From Pseudomonadota bacterium (GTDB taxonomy: Bacteria > Desulfobacterota > QYQD01 > JAZDGK01): DNA of 54,287 bases. Made by a program: the position numbers and the translations under genes. A model generated the notes under the pieces. It did no database searches. It saw nothing but the letters and a program-made list of their open reading frames with translations, and was not told the origin of the DNA. Position 1 is the stretch's first letter. Each line of letters begins with the position of its first letter. The stretch is from NCBI GenBank assembly GCA_043806955.1, contig JAZDGK010000066.1, positions 1-54,287 on the forward strand. Direction: 5' to 3'. Below are positions 1 through 9,700 of the stretch, one piece after another.

Positions 1-120
1 GGCCAGGGGAAAACTGAGATAACGAATTGTTTCGCCACAAATTGTATCTACCCTGAAACAGGTGACAACAGAAGAAGGGATTCCCCTCTGAGAGTTCGAA
101 CTTGAGCATCTTATGATCTT

Positions 121-429
121 ATGGACGTCCCTGTCGGTGCCCTGTCGGTGCCTGACATCGAAAGCCCTGGACTTGGCACTGTGTTTGTCGACGAGATCCA
201 GAGAGCAATCGAGAACATCTCTGAATTTCCGGAATCGGCACCGCTCATCCGGGGGCGCATCAGAAAGAGGATCATAATCAAGTTCCCGTATTCACTCTGT
301 CAGTCTTTCACGGAGTTCTTTGTCTTTACGAAGGAACTCTCCCAATCATGGCAGATTCCCGCGTCTGGTTCGAAGCGGGCCGTGAAAATGATCGGTTGGA
401 GATTGGGACGTTATGTTGCCAGGGGGTAG
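121..429 (+). pseudogene. RelE/ParE-family toxin remnant
   Basis: The core FVDEIQRAIENISEFPESAPLIRGRIRKRIIIKFPYSL resembles the conserved middle of ParE/RelE toxins. The expected C-terminal tail is readable only in another frame. The N-terminus runs through an 11-nt tandem duplication (131-152). Confidence 0.4.
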
Positions 430-545
430 ATAGCGAAGAGGAATGGATTTTCAGTAGGAAATGGAGCAGTAATTTATAATCTTATGGACGTCCCATTTCC
501 GGCTCATTCCGGCTCACAGGCGAATGTTGCAATCAATGTTCAAAA

Positions 546-581
546 CTAAAAAAACCGGGAATTGAAATTCCCGGTTTTTTG
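546..581. terminator. bidirectional rho-independent terminator
   Basis: A-run, stem ccgggaa/ttcccgg (555-561 / 568-574), then T-run. It lies between convergent ORFs. Confidence 0.6.
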
Positions 582-623
582 ATTTGGGGGGAGTGGGCAA
601 ACCAGTTCAGCGTCGTTTTCTAA

Positions 624-1181
624 TCATCCAAAACTTCGCTCAAATAACTCGGCGATTGCTTTCTTGGCGTTTTCTTCTAGAAAGCGCGTTCCTGTGCCTG
701 TGAAACGAACGTGATTAATAACAGGCTCATTTCCCTTCCGGCCCTCGACCCAGTCTACCTGATTCCAAGTGAACCACAAATTGCGTTTCTGATCGAACAC
801 ATGCAACGGCTTGTTGCACAGTTTGGCAAACTCGGCGCCCCATCCCGTACCACCCTTTACGGTCTTATCCTCCAGTATCTCCCCTATCACGTAAATTTCC
901 TGTCCATTGTTGATCTGATACCAGATGCTTTGCAGAATTTTGCGAAATGTCGGGTTCTGGGTGTAGCGACGATTCATCAATCGCGAAACGTATTCCAGAC
1001 TCACGTCTCCATTGTTGAGTTCGTCTTTATTCAGTACGCGTAAGCCGCGTTGACGAACTATAGCGTGTCCTTCAAATGTGAAGTTTACTTCCTCTATGCC
1101 AAAGCGCTCCGCATTCGCCCCGAATTCCGCTTCAGCCCCTTTAATGCCACCACTAAACAGAATACAATCTTCTTTCTTCAT
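624..1181 (-). CDS. hypothetical protein, possible SLOG/DprA-like Rossmann fold (function unknown)
   Basis: Intact 185-aa ORF with an N-terminal glycine loop ILFSGGIKGAEAEFG and a second GGTGWG loop. I cannot recognise a family with certainty. Confidence 0.55.
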   Translation of the reverse strand: MKKEDCILFSGGIKGAEAEFGANAERFGIEEVNFTFEGHAIVRQRGLRVLNKDELNNGDVSLEYVSRLMNRRYTQNPTFRKILQSIWYQINNGQEIYVIGEILEDKTVKGGTGWGAEFAKLCNKPLHVFDQKRNLWFTWNQVDWVEGRKGNEPVINHVRFTGTGTRFLEENAKKAIAELFERSFG

Positions 1182-1898
1182 TGTTCTTCTTCTCCAAAAA
1201 CTCTTTTTTTATTTATACACTGAATGGAGCACAGTTGTACCTTCAAACAGCTTGCATATAACCTGGGAATGCCGATTGTTTTAGACGGACTTTTCGCGGA
1301 GTGAACTATTTCCTGCCCAACAAATTACAAGAGTTGACATCAGCTACTGTGAAGTTGGTCACGATGATCTACTGCGGAAAGATCTTTTGGGAATGTTATC
1401 CGGTTTATCGCCCACCTTGTTTCTCAGGTTTATAGTGGGTTTTTGTGTTTATTTCAAGGTAAAACCGGCAAGCGGGACTTGAGAAGGTCGTCTGAAAATA
1501 AACAGAATAATGCACAGTCCCGCGCAAATGGTGACCCATATTGATGTGATGTCGGAAATTCAGTGAGGAGACGCGTTTGGCGAAAAATTCAGAAGTCAGT
1601 TGCCGGGAGCCAGAATCCAGAAGGCAAAAAAGTGACTCTGGGGAAAAGCATGGGAAACGGTGGTGCAGAAAATTCCTAGCACAGATTTGAGGTGCTGTAA
1701 AATGCGTCCTATCAGTAGGTTGCGTCGTCCAGCAAAAAGCTGGGGGGGGACGCTATGAAAACTGCCGCTTTCAGGATGAAAGTCCCATTTTTCGTCGACG
1801 TCCCGTCAGTCCGTCTGCGCGTTACTCTTTCTTTTTATTGTCCACATCGACGTAAATCTGCACGGAGATCCTTTCCGCGGAAAAACGAACGCAGCCCT

Positions 1899-2114
1899 TC
1901 AGGAGCCCAAAATCTCTTTCACCCGGCCGACGATGCCGCCCTCCAGGCGCACCTTGATGCCGTGGGGGTGGCGGGGCGATTTTGTAAGGAGATCCCGGAC
2001 GATCCCTTCCGTGAGGATGCCGCTTCGCTGATCCTCTTTCCGGACCACTCTCACCCGCATGCCGGGTGCGATGTCGGATCGGTTATTGCCGTTCATGAGT
2101 CCGTCCTTTACCAT
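1899..2114 (-). CDS. YwbE family protein (DUF2196)
   Basis: 71 aa. DQRSGILTEGIVRDLLTKSPRHPHGIKVRLEGGIVGRV is the hallmark of this family. Confidence 0.85.
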   Translation of the reverse strand: MVKDGLMNGNNRSDIAPGMRVRVVRKEDQRSGILTEGIVRDLLTKSPRHPHGIKVRLEGGIVGRVKEILGS

Positions 2115-2239
2115 AGATCGCCGTCAAAGCCATCGTTGTTTATTCTTCCCTATACCACATCACGCCCATCTCCGCATGCTCTGGGCGCGAAAAACCCCCG
2201 TCTACCCGATTATGACGTGCCGCGCTCATCGTCTGGCCC

Positions 2240-2975
2240 CTATTCTGATTTCAGCACCTCGCGGATCTGGTCGGCGGCATGGGGATATTCGCGCTCGTCA
2301 GGGTCATAGTTGTGAAGCAGGAAGTCGCGGTAACAGCGTTCGATGACGGGCCTGGAGCGGGTTTTTGTGGTCTCGCACGGAGAACGGCAAATCTGCCGCA
2401 GTGCCAGTCACCGGCCGCCGAGTTCCTCCTCCAGCTCCCTGACGACATCTCCGACGAAATCGTGAAATCCCCAGCCAATGCCGTCGGCCATCTGCTCCAC
2501 TCTCGCCAACCGGTCGCTGAACTGCGGATAAATCCCCCGCGCCTCGCCGCGCAACAGGGCGGCCAGTTCGTCCAGCGCAGCCTCCAGGCTGCTGTAGAAC
2601 CGCTCGTCAATGTCCCCATACTCACGGGTGAATCTAGTGCCGTTCTCCACATAGGTCATCAGCAGTTCCGCCGTACCGGGGATGTTGCCTGTAGCCTTAC
2701 GGTAGTCGCGGACGGCCTTACGCGCCTCTCCCAACTTCAGTTTGCCAAAGCCTCGTGCGGGGAAGAACTGCTCCACGATCTTGCCCCGATACTTTTCCAG
2801 GGCCTCGCCGCCGCACTCTCCGGCCTGACAGCGGGCATGGATGAAGTCCCGGTTCACGCCCGCCGGCAGCTTCGTACAGGTCTTTCACCAAGGCGAGCAG
2901 CGCGGGCTTCTCCCAGGTGGTGAGGTGTTGGCGGACCGCGCTCCAGCCGCCCGGCTTTTTGGTTGCGTTTGTCAT
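2240..2975 (-). pseudogene. DUF6155-like gene broken by two frameshifts
   Basis: Three consecutive minus-strand reading segments make up the gene. The first is MTNATKKPGGWSAVRQHLTTWEKPALLALVKDLYE. The second is NRDFIHARCQ...VVRELEEELGG. The third is RPVIERCYRDFLLHNYDPDEREYPHAADQIREVLKSE, ending with a stop at 2240-2242. The frame changes are near 2875 and 2405. Confidence 0.55.
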
Positions 2976-3655
2976 GGATTGAATCTCCTTGGTTGGACGG
3001 GTTTCAACCGGGGCAATGATTCGGGCGGAACGATCAGGGTGATGCTGCTATAGTGCGTAGTGGTTTTGGGCTTAAGGGGAAAGCCACGCTCGCGGCGGGC
3101 TGTCTCCAAGAACCAATCCACGCGCTTACGAGAAAGGTTCTGCAGTGTGGCCCCGTCACAAGCAGAGGTATCAAACGGCGGGACTCGAAGATCTCCCGAT
3201 TCGTCAAGGTGGGCGACCAGGCTGGCGTACCCCTCGGATGTCAGGGCGCTAAAGTCCTCAATGCGGCGGCGAACCAGTTCCTTGCTGACCTTGCGCACCA
3301 GTTGCTTCATATTGGGTGCGCGCTTCCCTTCATTTGATCCCCAGACATAAACGAGTCGAGTTTTCCCGTGTCGGGTAGCATGGAGATATTCACGCTCCGT
3401 CGCGGAGATACCGTTTTGGTCCTCGTCGCCGTAGTCGTAACCGAAGATGCCAACATAGATGTCGCAACGCTCAACTTCTCCGAGATAGACCTGGTCCGCC
3501 CGGCGGTCCTTAGCAGGGAGTTCCTCAAAGAGAAAGACTTCGGAGATAAATCGGTGCAAAACAGCATCCCCGAGGAGGAAAGCCTTCAAGTCCAGACGAA
3601 TTTGTTTGAATTCCTTCTGGACACTGCTGACGAATATCTTCATTTCACCCTTCAC
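2972..3655 (-). CDS. DUF4062 (TIR-like) domain protein, C-terminally truncated
   Basis: The N-terminus KIFVSSVQKEFKQIRLDL...CDIYVGIFGYDYG is typical of DUF4062. ATLQNLSRKRVDWFLETARRERGFPL looks like the start of an AlbA_2/Schlafen-type domain that then breaks off into low-quality sequence. The stop overlaps the DUF6155 start. Confidence 0.6.
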   Translation of the reverse strand: MKGEMKIFVSSVQKEFKQIRLDLKAFLLGDAVLHRFISEVFLFEELPAKDRRADQVYLGEVERCDIYVGIFGYDYGDEDQNGISATEREYLHATRHGKTRLVYVWGSNEGKRAPNMKQLVRKVSKELVRRRIEDFSALTSEGYASLVAHLDESGDLRVPPFDTSACDGATLQNLSRKRVDWFLETARRERGFPLKPKTTTHYSSITLIVPPESLPRLKPVQPRRFNP

Positions 3656-3658
3656 CCT

Positions 3659-4135
3659 TCACTCTTCACTTTTCACGATACCTTCGATCATCTTGTTGAA
3701 CTCGGCTTCGACCTTGGCTTCAAAGTCGGCCTCGATCTGGTAGACCTCGGTGAACTCGGCGAACGCCCAGCGACCATACCGGCCGAGGTTGTTCACCCCC
3801 GGCACCCAGTAGGTTTCCATAGTGGTTTTTTTCCCCTTGGCGTCCTCGCGCCGGTACCCTTTGATCTCGACTATCAAGTGCAGCGGGTCGTCATGACCTT
3901 CATCGACCAGAACAATAAAATCCGGCCGCTATAGCGCTTCGTCGAAGATGAGACCAAGTTGGCCGGCTGATCCTTTATGCTTCTTGGGCTTCGGAATCGG
4001 CGTAATGAACTCTGCGCGGCGGCGACTCTCGATAATTCGCTGTGTCGGCTGCCCTTGGTCATCGAGTTCCCAGTGCCGCGCCGGGTACTCGTAGGGCGAG
4101 TTGAGGATAGGTTTTTCGAAGAATCGATTATCCAT
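3659..4135 (-). pseudogene. type III restriction enzyme Res-subunit relic (N- and C-termini only)
   Basis: N-terminal MDNRFFEKPILNSPYEYPARHWELDDQGQPTQRIIESRRRAEFITPIPKPKK and C-terminal RPDFIVLVDEGHDDPLHLIVEIKGYRREDAKGKKTTMETYWVPGVNNLGRYGRWAFAEF are in the same frame. They are joined at a TAG (about 3929-3931). The whole helicase core is missing. Confidence 0.7.
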
Positions 4136-4163
4136 GTATAGGTTTTCTCCGGATGGCTGCCGT

Positions 4164-4517
4164 TCAGTATTCAGTGTATTTCTTGGAACTCCCGAACACT
4201 TTTTCCTTGGGATACTTCTGTTCGCTGATGCCGATTTTCCTGAGTGCCGCATCAGCCAAATCAATATCCAGCTTGTCGGCAAGGCGGACGACGTAGATCA
4301 GAACATCAGCCAGCTCGAGTTCCACCTCTTTGATCTTTTCAGGCGGTAATTGGGCGCTTTCTTCTTCTGTGAGCCATTGGAAATGCTCCACTACCTCGGC
4401 CGCCTCAGCAATCAGTCCCATCGAGAGGTTCTTTGGAGAGTGAAACTGGTCCCAGTCGCGTTCATCGGCAAACTCACGAAGACGGGTTTTGAGTTCCTGT
4501 AAGGAGTCCTGCTGCAT
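4164..4517 (-). CDS. MazG-like nucleotide pyrophosphohydrolase
   Basis: 117 aa. The EAAEVVEHFQW...ELADVLIYVVRLADKLDIDL all-alpha NTP-PPase motifs are present. Confidence 0.85.
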   Translation of the reverse strand: MQQDSLQELKTRLREFADERDWDQFHSPKNLSMGLIAEAAEVVEHFQWLTEEESAQLPPEKIKEVELELADVLIYVVRLADKLDIDLADAALRKIGISEQKYPKEKVFGSSKKYTEY

Positions 4518-4736
4518 CCGCTGTCCCTCGGCCTGATGTAGATCTTCAATCGGCTACTCCGCCAATTGCTCGGCAGGCACATCATAGACCTACGCGGCGA
4601 ATGGGTCAAGTAATTGTTATTCTGGGGTAAAATACGCTTTCTTGATGTGGCGCTGTGTCTCGACTTCGAAGTTCCCGGAGGAATCACCGAAGTCCGGTTT
4701 TCGAGGGGCAAATGGCGGATCACTATTCTGCGTCTA

Positions 4737-4902
4737 GGAGCCTGTCGGACTTAGGGGATCGTTACGAGGAAGTGGAGGAACGAGACCAGATATTCACGAA
4801 GTTGAGGCGCATAGTGTTGCTATGCAACGAAAATTCGGGGATATTTGGGCCGTTCCCCCCACTTCCGTAGTAGATCACCCCTAAGTCCGACAGGCTCCTA
4901 GG
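4737..4902 (+). repeat. RA family palindromic MITE-like element (intact, 166 bp)
   Basis: 21-bp perfect terminal inverted repeat ggagcctgtcggacttagggg / cccctaagtccgacaggctcc. The whole element folds as a long imperfect hairpin. There are 7 copies in the window. Confidence 0.85.
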
Positions 4903-5107
4903 GTATCACGCAGCTTATGTGGGTTACGTAACAGACAGGAAACAGATTCAGAAACTTGAATCAGTACGAACGAAAAAATACCCATCCCAGGACCGTCCGG
5001 CGCAAAAACCTTGAGGCCGGAAACGCTTAGTGCTATCGTAAAAGCATAATCTAACATTATCCCCTGCTTTCGTTGTTTCCTCCGGACAAAACTCCGGGCA
5101 AAGAACG

Positions 5108-5426
5108 TTAGGGTGCGTTACGAAATAAGTGGTACAAGATTGCGCCGGATTTTGGGCTGTATTCAAGGCTGCTTAAGGGGCGAGCATATGTATCCGTTCA
5201 CCGTTATCCGTTCACCGTTGTCCGTAAGAACCTGAAAAGCCTTTTTTCTCCGAACAGTCAACGGTGATCGTATTCTCCGTTAACTGTCAGGCGTGAGAAG
5301 CCCAAGAAACATCCTTTTCGGTGAACGGTCAACGGTGAACGGTCAACGGATACTAACCCTTAAGCAACGCAGAATACGGCCCAAAAGACTAGCAAGATGT
5401 CACAGTTATTTCGTAACGCATCCTAA
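5108..5426. repeat. RC family element carrying a nested RD element
   Basis: Termini are ttagggtgcgttacgaaataa / ttatttcgtaacgcatcctaa. The arms match the intact copy at 14053-14215. The centre is replaced by RD. Confidence 0.8.
5191..5353. repeat. RD family element nested in RC
   Basis: Ends are gtatccgttcaccgttatccgttcaccgttgtccg ... cggtgaacggtcaacggtgaacggtcaacggatac. Related copies lie at 15491-15640 and 40870-41414. Confidence 0.8.
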
Positions 5427-5449
5427 GTTCAGATCTGTTCAGTGCTGCT

Positions 5450-5899
5450 ATGCCGAACGATACCGCCCTCATAAGGTGCAGCAATTGCGGGACTGTCAAT
5501 CGTATACATCCCGGCAAGTTGCATGAGTCCCCCCGGTGCGGCAAGTGTAAGGCGCCCTTACGAATTCCGAACAGGCCGGTAATCGTCACGGCGAGCGATT
5601 TTGACCGGGAAGTAGTGAAATGGCCGGGACTGGTTCTGATTGAGTTCTGGACCCCCTTCTGTGTTCACTGCCAGGCGATGGCGCCCGTCCTGGACGCACT
5701 TGCCCGGGAGCGAGCGGGCAAGCTGAAGATAGTCAAGATCAATGCTGAAAGGGAGCCCATGCTGGCCCGGCAGTTCAGTATTATGGGAACACCTGCTTTC
5801 CTGCTCTACAGGAACGGAAACAAGCTTGGTGAAATCCCGGGCGCCCTGCCCAAGGCCCAATTGGAAAAATGGATCGATTCGGAGGGCAACTACGAATGA
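5450..5899 (+). CDS. thioredoxin with N-terminal zinc finger (Trx2-like), atypical CVHC active site
   Basis: CSNCG...CGKCK zinc-ribbon followed by a thioredoxin fold with FWTPFCVHCQ. Confidence 0.85.
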   Translation: MPNDTALIRCSNCGTVNRIHPGKLHESPRCGKCKAPLRIPNRPVIVTASDFDREVVKWPGLVLIEFWTPFCVHCQAMAPVLDALARERAGKLKIVKINAEREPMLARQFSIMGTPAFLLYRNGNKLGEIPGALPKAQLEKWIDSEGNYE

Positions 5900-6438
5900 T
5901 ACGAATGTACACGAATCTCTTTACTCTCCTTTTGCTCTTGACGTCATGCATACCTCGCTCCCTTCCGGCCAAGACAGAGGCTGTCTCCGCGTCGCATCCG
6001 CCGGTAGTAGAGCGCTATTATAGCCCGGATGTCGTCAGAAGCGGCGACGTTCTGAGGTTCTTTGTAACGGCGGCGGATGAAGATGCAGACATGTCGAACA
6101 TAGCAATCGAGTTCTGGCAGATGGGTGTGGGAGAACAATTTGCACCATATATCAGGATCCCGGAAGGGCAGAGAGAACACTTGAACGGTTTCCTGTACAT
6201 GCGCACCCCGCCTCCGACGTCCAACTTGTTCGGCGAGCGGATCAGGATCTCTGCCTGGATCATCGATAAAGCAGGCAACAGAAGCAAGACTGTCTCACAG
6301 GAAATCTATTTTGGGAATGAGTCGGCAACGCCCGTCTGCCCTCCGGAATGGGAGAATGCCTGCGAAAACCCACTTGGCCCCATACGCGTCGATTTGCGTC
6401 CATTTCAGGAACGGGGTGTTTCAATACAGAAAAGATGA
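5896..6438 (+). CDS. hypothetical lipoprotein
   Basis: MIRMYTNLFTLLLLLTSC signal peptide with a lipobox. The ATGA overlap with the thioredoxin stop suggests translational coupling. Confidence 0.6.
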   Translation: MIRMYTNLFTLLLLLTSCIPRSLPAKTEAVSASHPPVVERYYSPDVVRSGDVLRFFVTAADEDADMSNIAIEFWQMGVGEQFAPYIRIPEGQREHLNGFLYMRTPPPTSNLFGERIRISAWIIDKAGNRSKTVSQEIYFGNESATPVCPPEWENACENPLGPIRVDLRPFQERGVSIQKR

Positions 6439-6584
6439 CGCGGGGGGGGGAGGCTGGGAAGCCGGAAGGTGGGAGGGTGCGAAGGTGGGAGTAAAGAAAG
6501 ACGCGGGGAGAAATGCTGGGAAGCCGGGAAGCTGGAAGGCAGGAGTCCTGAATGACGAAACACCCCCGGTGAAAGGTGAACAAA

Positions 6585-6639
6585 TTTTCCTGTTTTCGTG
6601 CTTTCCTGATTGAATGATTATTTCTTTATCTTTGTGTCT
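6585..6639 (+). repeat. RM short repeat (55 bp)
   Basis: ttttcctgttttcgtgctttcctgattgaatgattatttctttatctttgtgtct. A roughly 90% identical inverted copy lies at 15323-15376. Confidence 0.75.
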
Positions 6640-6703
6640 TTGTGGTTCGGGTTGCGCTATCCTGCAAATCTGCGTTCATCTGCGTCCAATGAATTCCTGC
6701 GTC

Positions 6704-9700
6704 CTATTCCTGGTCAAGTACCTGGCGGACTATCTTTGTGAGGTCTCTGATTTTGTAGGGTTTTTGGATAAACCCCCTGGCCCCGTTTCGGAGGACAGCC
6801 TGGTAATGCCCATCGGCGCTATAGCCGCTTGAGACAATGACTTTTACCGCAGGATTCATCAGTCTCAACCGGTCAAACGTCTCAATTCCTCCCAGCCTCG
6901 GCATTATCATATCCAGTATGACGAGCGCAATTTCTTTTTTCAGGTTTTCATAAAGGGTAAGCGCTTCAATTCCGTCGGATGCCAGCATTACCTTATATCC
7001 GCTGTTCTCCAGGATTTCTTTCCCGAGTTCCCGAATAATCTGCTCGTCGTCTATGAGGAGTATGGTTTCGTCCCCTCGCACAAATTCATTAGGAGCTGCA
7101 TCGATACTATTGTCTGTAAGCTCTTTTTCCGATGCCGGCAGGTATATATCAAAGGTTGTTCCTTTCAGAACTTCGCTCTCGACATGGATGCATCCCTCAT
7201 GGTTTTTGACTACCCCGTACACGACGGAAAGACCCAGTCCAGTGCCTTTGGTTTTGTCTTTAGTGGTAAAAAACGGGTCGAATATCTTGTCCTGAATACC
7301 CTTGTCGATGCCCAGGCCTGTATCGGAAATGGAGATTTTAACGTACTTTCCGTCAACTGCGGCCAGAAGACATGCGGCTTGATGGTCGCAGGGAATCAGC
7401 ACATTTTCTGTCTTGATTGCCAGGATCCCCCCCGAAGGCATGGCGTCGCGTGCGTTTATGCAGATATTGAGGAGGACCTGCTCGATCTGCGACGGATCAG
7501 CTTCAATCGGCCACGTATCTGAATTCAGTTTCTTTCTTATTATGATATTCTTATCAAGCGTCCTTTCGAGTAGTTGGCTCGTCTCTTCCGCTATCCGGTT
7601 AACATTGGTCGTTTCTCTATGAGATTCTCCACCGCGGCTGAACGTGAGGAGCTGTTGGGTCAATCGTGCCGCTTTCAGAGCCGACTGTTCTATGGTATCG
7701 GCGTACTTGAATAGCGGATTCCCTTCGTCCAGTTTGACCTTGAACAGAGACGCATAGCCCAGGATGCCGGATAATAAGTTATTGAAATCATGCGCTATCC
7801 CTCCAGCGAGTACCCCTATGCTCTCCATTTTCGTGACCTGGAAGAGATGCTTCTCGAGTTGTTTTCCTTCTGTCACATCTCGAGAATACTCTACTGCCTG
7901 GATTACCTGATTATCGTTGTTAAAGATGGGAAATGTGAAGACATCGACAGTAATTGTGGTCCCGTCGGTCCTGGTTCGTTCCCTGGTTTCAAAAGCCGGA
8001 TCTCCTGTCCTGAATGTCTCCTCGACCAGGCATCTTTTACACCGTCCGTCTCGATCGTGAAATACCTTGTAGCATTTCCTGCCAATCATATTCCCTACCG
8101 GGATCCCGCGCTGTTTGGCCATCCCCGCATTTGCCTTTATTATCGAATAGTTTCGATCGACTACGTTGATGCCGTCGGTGATGCTGTTGAACAGGACCTG
8201 CAGCTCGTCTCTGGTTCTGGCCACTTCCTCTTCAAGCCTGCGTCTTTCAGTAACATCTCTGGCTATGCCCAATATCTCTGTGTCAGTCGCGCTGCCCTTA
8301 AGAACAGAGATATTCATTTCTACTATTTTCTCTTTTCCCGTCTTGTCTATTATCCGGAATGAAATTCCCACCGTGGACGTCCGGCCCGCAAATACCCGAT
8401 CTATCATACTCCTGATGCGGGCCTGGTCATCCCCATGCACTATGCCGAGCAGGGTCATTCTGCCCAGGATTTCTTCTTTGGGGTAGCCGGCGAGGCTCGC
8501 CCCGTAGTCATTGATCGATGTGAAAATGCAGTCTTTGTCTATTGTGAAAAAAGCGTCATTGGCAATCTCGAACAGATTGGCATACCGCATCTCGGTTGCC
8601 AGCAGCCTCTGCGTTCTCTCTTCGACCAGCCTTTCCAGGTTTTTTGAATAGTCATAGAGGCTCCTTTGGGCCTCGTTCAAGGCATCTGTCTTTGTCTGTA
8701 CGCTCTCAGCCATACGATTGAAAGATGAAGCCAGCATCCCGATCTCATCCTCACTTTCGATTATGGCCCGCTTGGTGTAGTCGCCCTCGGCAATCTTTTC
8801 CGAAGCCCCTGCCAGCTCCTTAATCGGACGCACGATTTTTTTTGAAACGAAGATTGATATCAGCACCCCGAATGGGGTAATACCGATTATGAATAGGGCA
8901 ATCTGGCCAAAAAGATCCTGCTTAAGGCCGACATACGGAGATTCCAGTGTGCCCACATAGAGTACGCCGATTGTGTTCTTATCAATGTCATAGATGGGTT
9001 CGTATGCAGTTATGTACCAGTCGTTGACTACGAATGCCCGGCCGATCCACCGTTGTCCTTTGTCCAGGCAAGCCTCTCCGACCTCGGCAGATATACACGT
9101 TCCAATCGCACGCGTGCCGTTGCTCCTTTTGACGTTCGTCGAAATCCGCGTCTCTCCCTGGAATATGGTAGCTGTTCCTACCATGCGGCCTTTATATAGC
9201 CGGTCACGGTAGACAGTATCCCTGGTTTTATCTACAATCGCGAAATTGCGATTGAGGAGCTTTGCTGCGTAAAGCGCTCCGACTACTTTCCCCCGGTCGG
9301 TAACCGGCTGGGCGGCGGCCAGAACCATTCCACCGTCCAGGTATTCGGGTCTTTTCGCAAGCTTGGCCCTTGGAGTCGGAACTATTTTTATGCGGGCTCG
9401 TTCGGCGAGTTCCGAACCCTCGTGCGCCAGTCTTTCCAGTGAGAGCAAGTCTGTTGCAGCGACTCGCGCGCCCTTGAGGGCTTTAGAGATGAGCTTGTCG
9501 GTTGATAAATCATCGTCGCAGAAATCCAGTTTGCCGGCTCTCGCAACAACGACTCCCTTGCTGTCTGTGGCTACCAGGATATCGGTCGATTCAAGGTGCA
9601 CCATCTCGTCCAGTTGGACCTTCAGATCCGCTCTTTTTCTACCGGTTATTCCGGAGACTATGGACGGCCGCATGGCCTGATACAGTACGAGATCGCACAG

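Noticed and set aside
1755-2923. Plus-strand ORFs of 184, 95 and 214 aa across the YwbE and DUF6155 region.
   Set aside because: They are antisense to genes or pseudogenes with clear family motifs. The translations are Arg/Pro/Ser-rich, as is typical of wrong-strand reading in GC-rich DNA.
4655-4870. Recurrent ORF translations such as SLSDLGDRYEEVEERDQIFTKLRRIVLLCNENSGIFGPFPP (also at 15305, 38220, 39998, 41168 and 42410).
   Set aside because: They are readings of the RA hairpin element on either strand. The conservation is at the nucleotide and structure level, the frames are broken between copies, and there is no start codon or RBS context.
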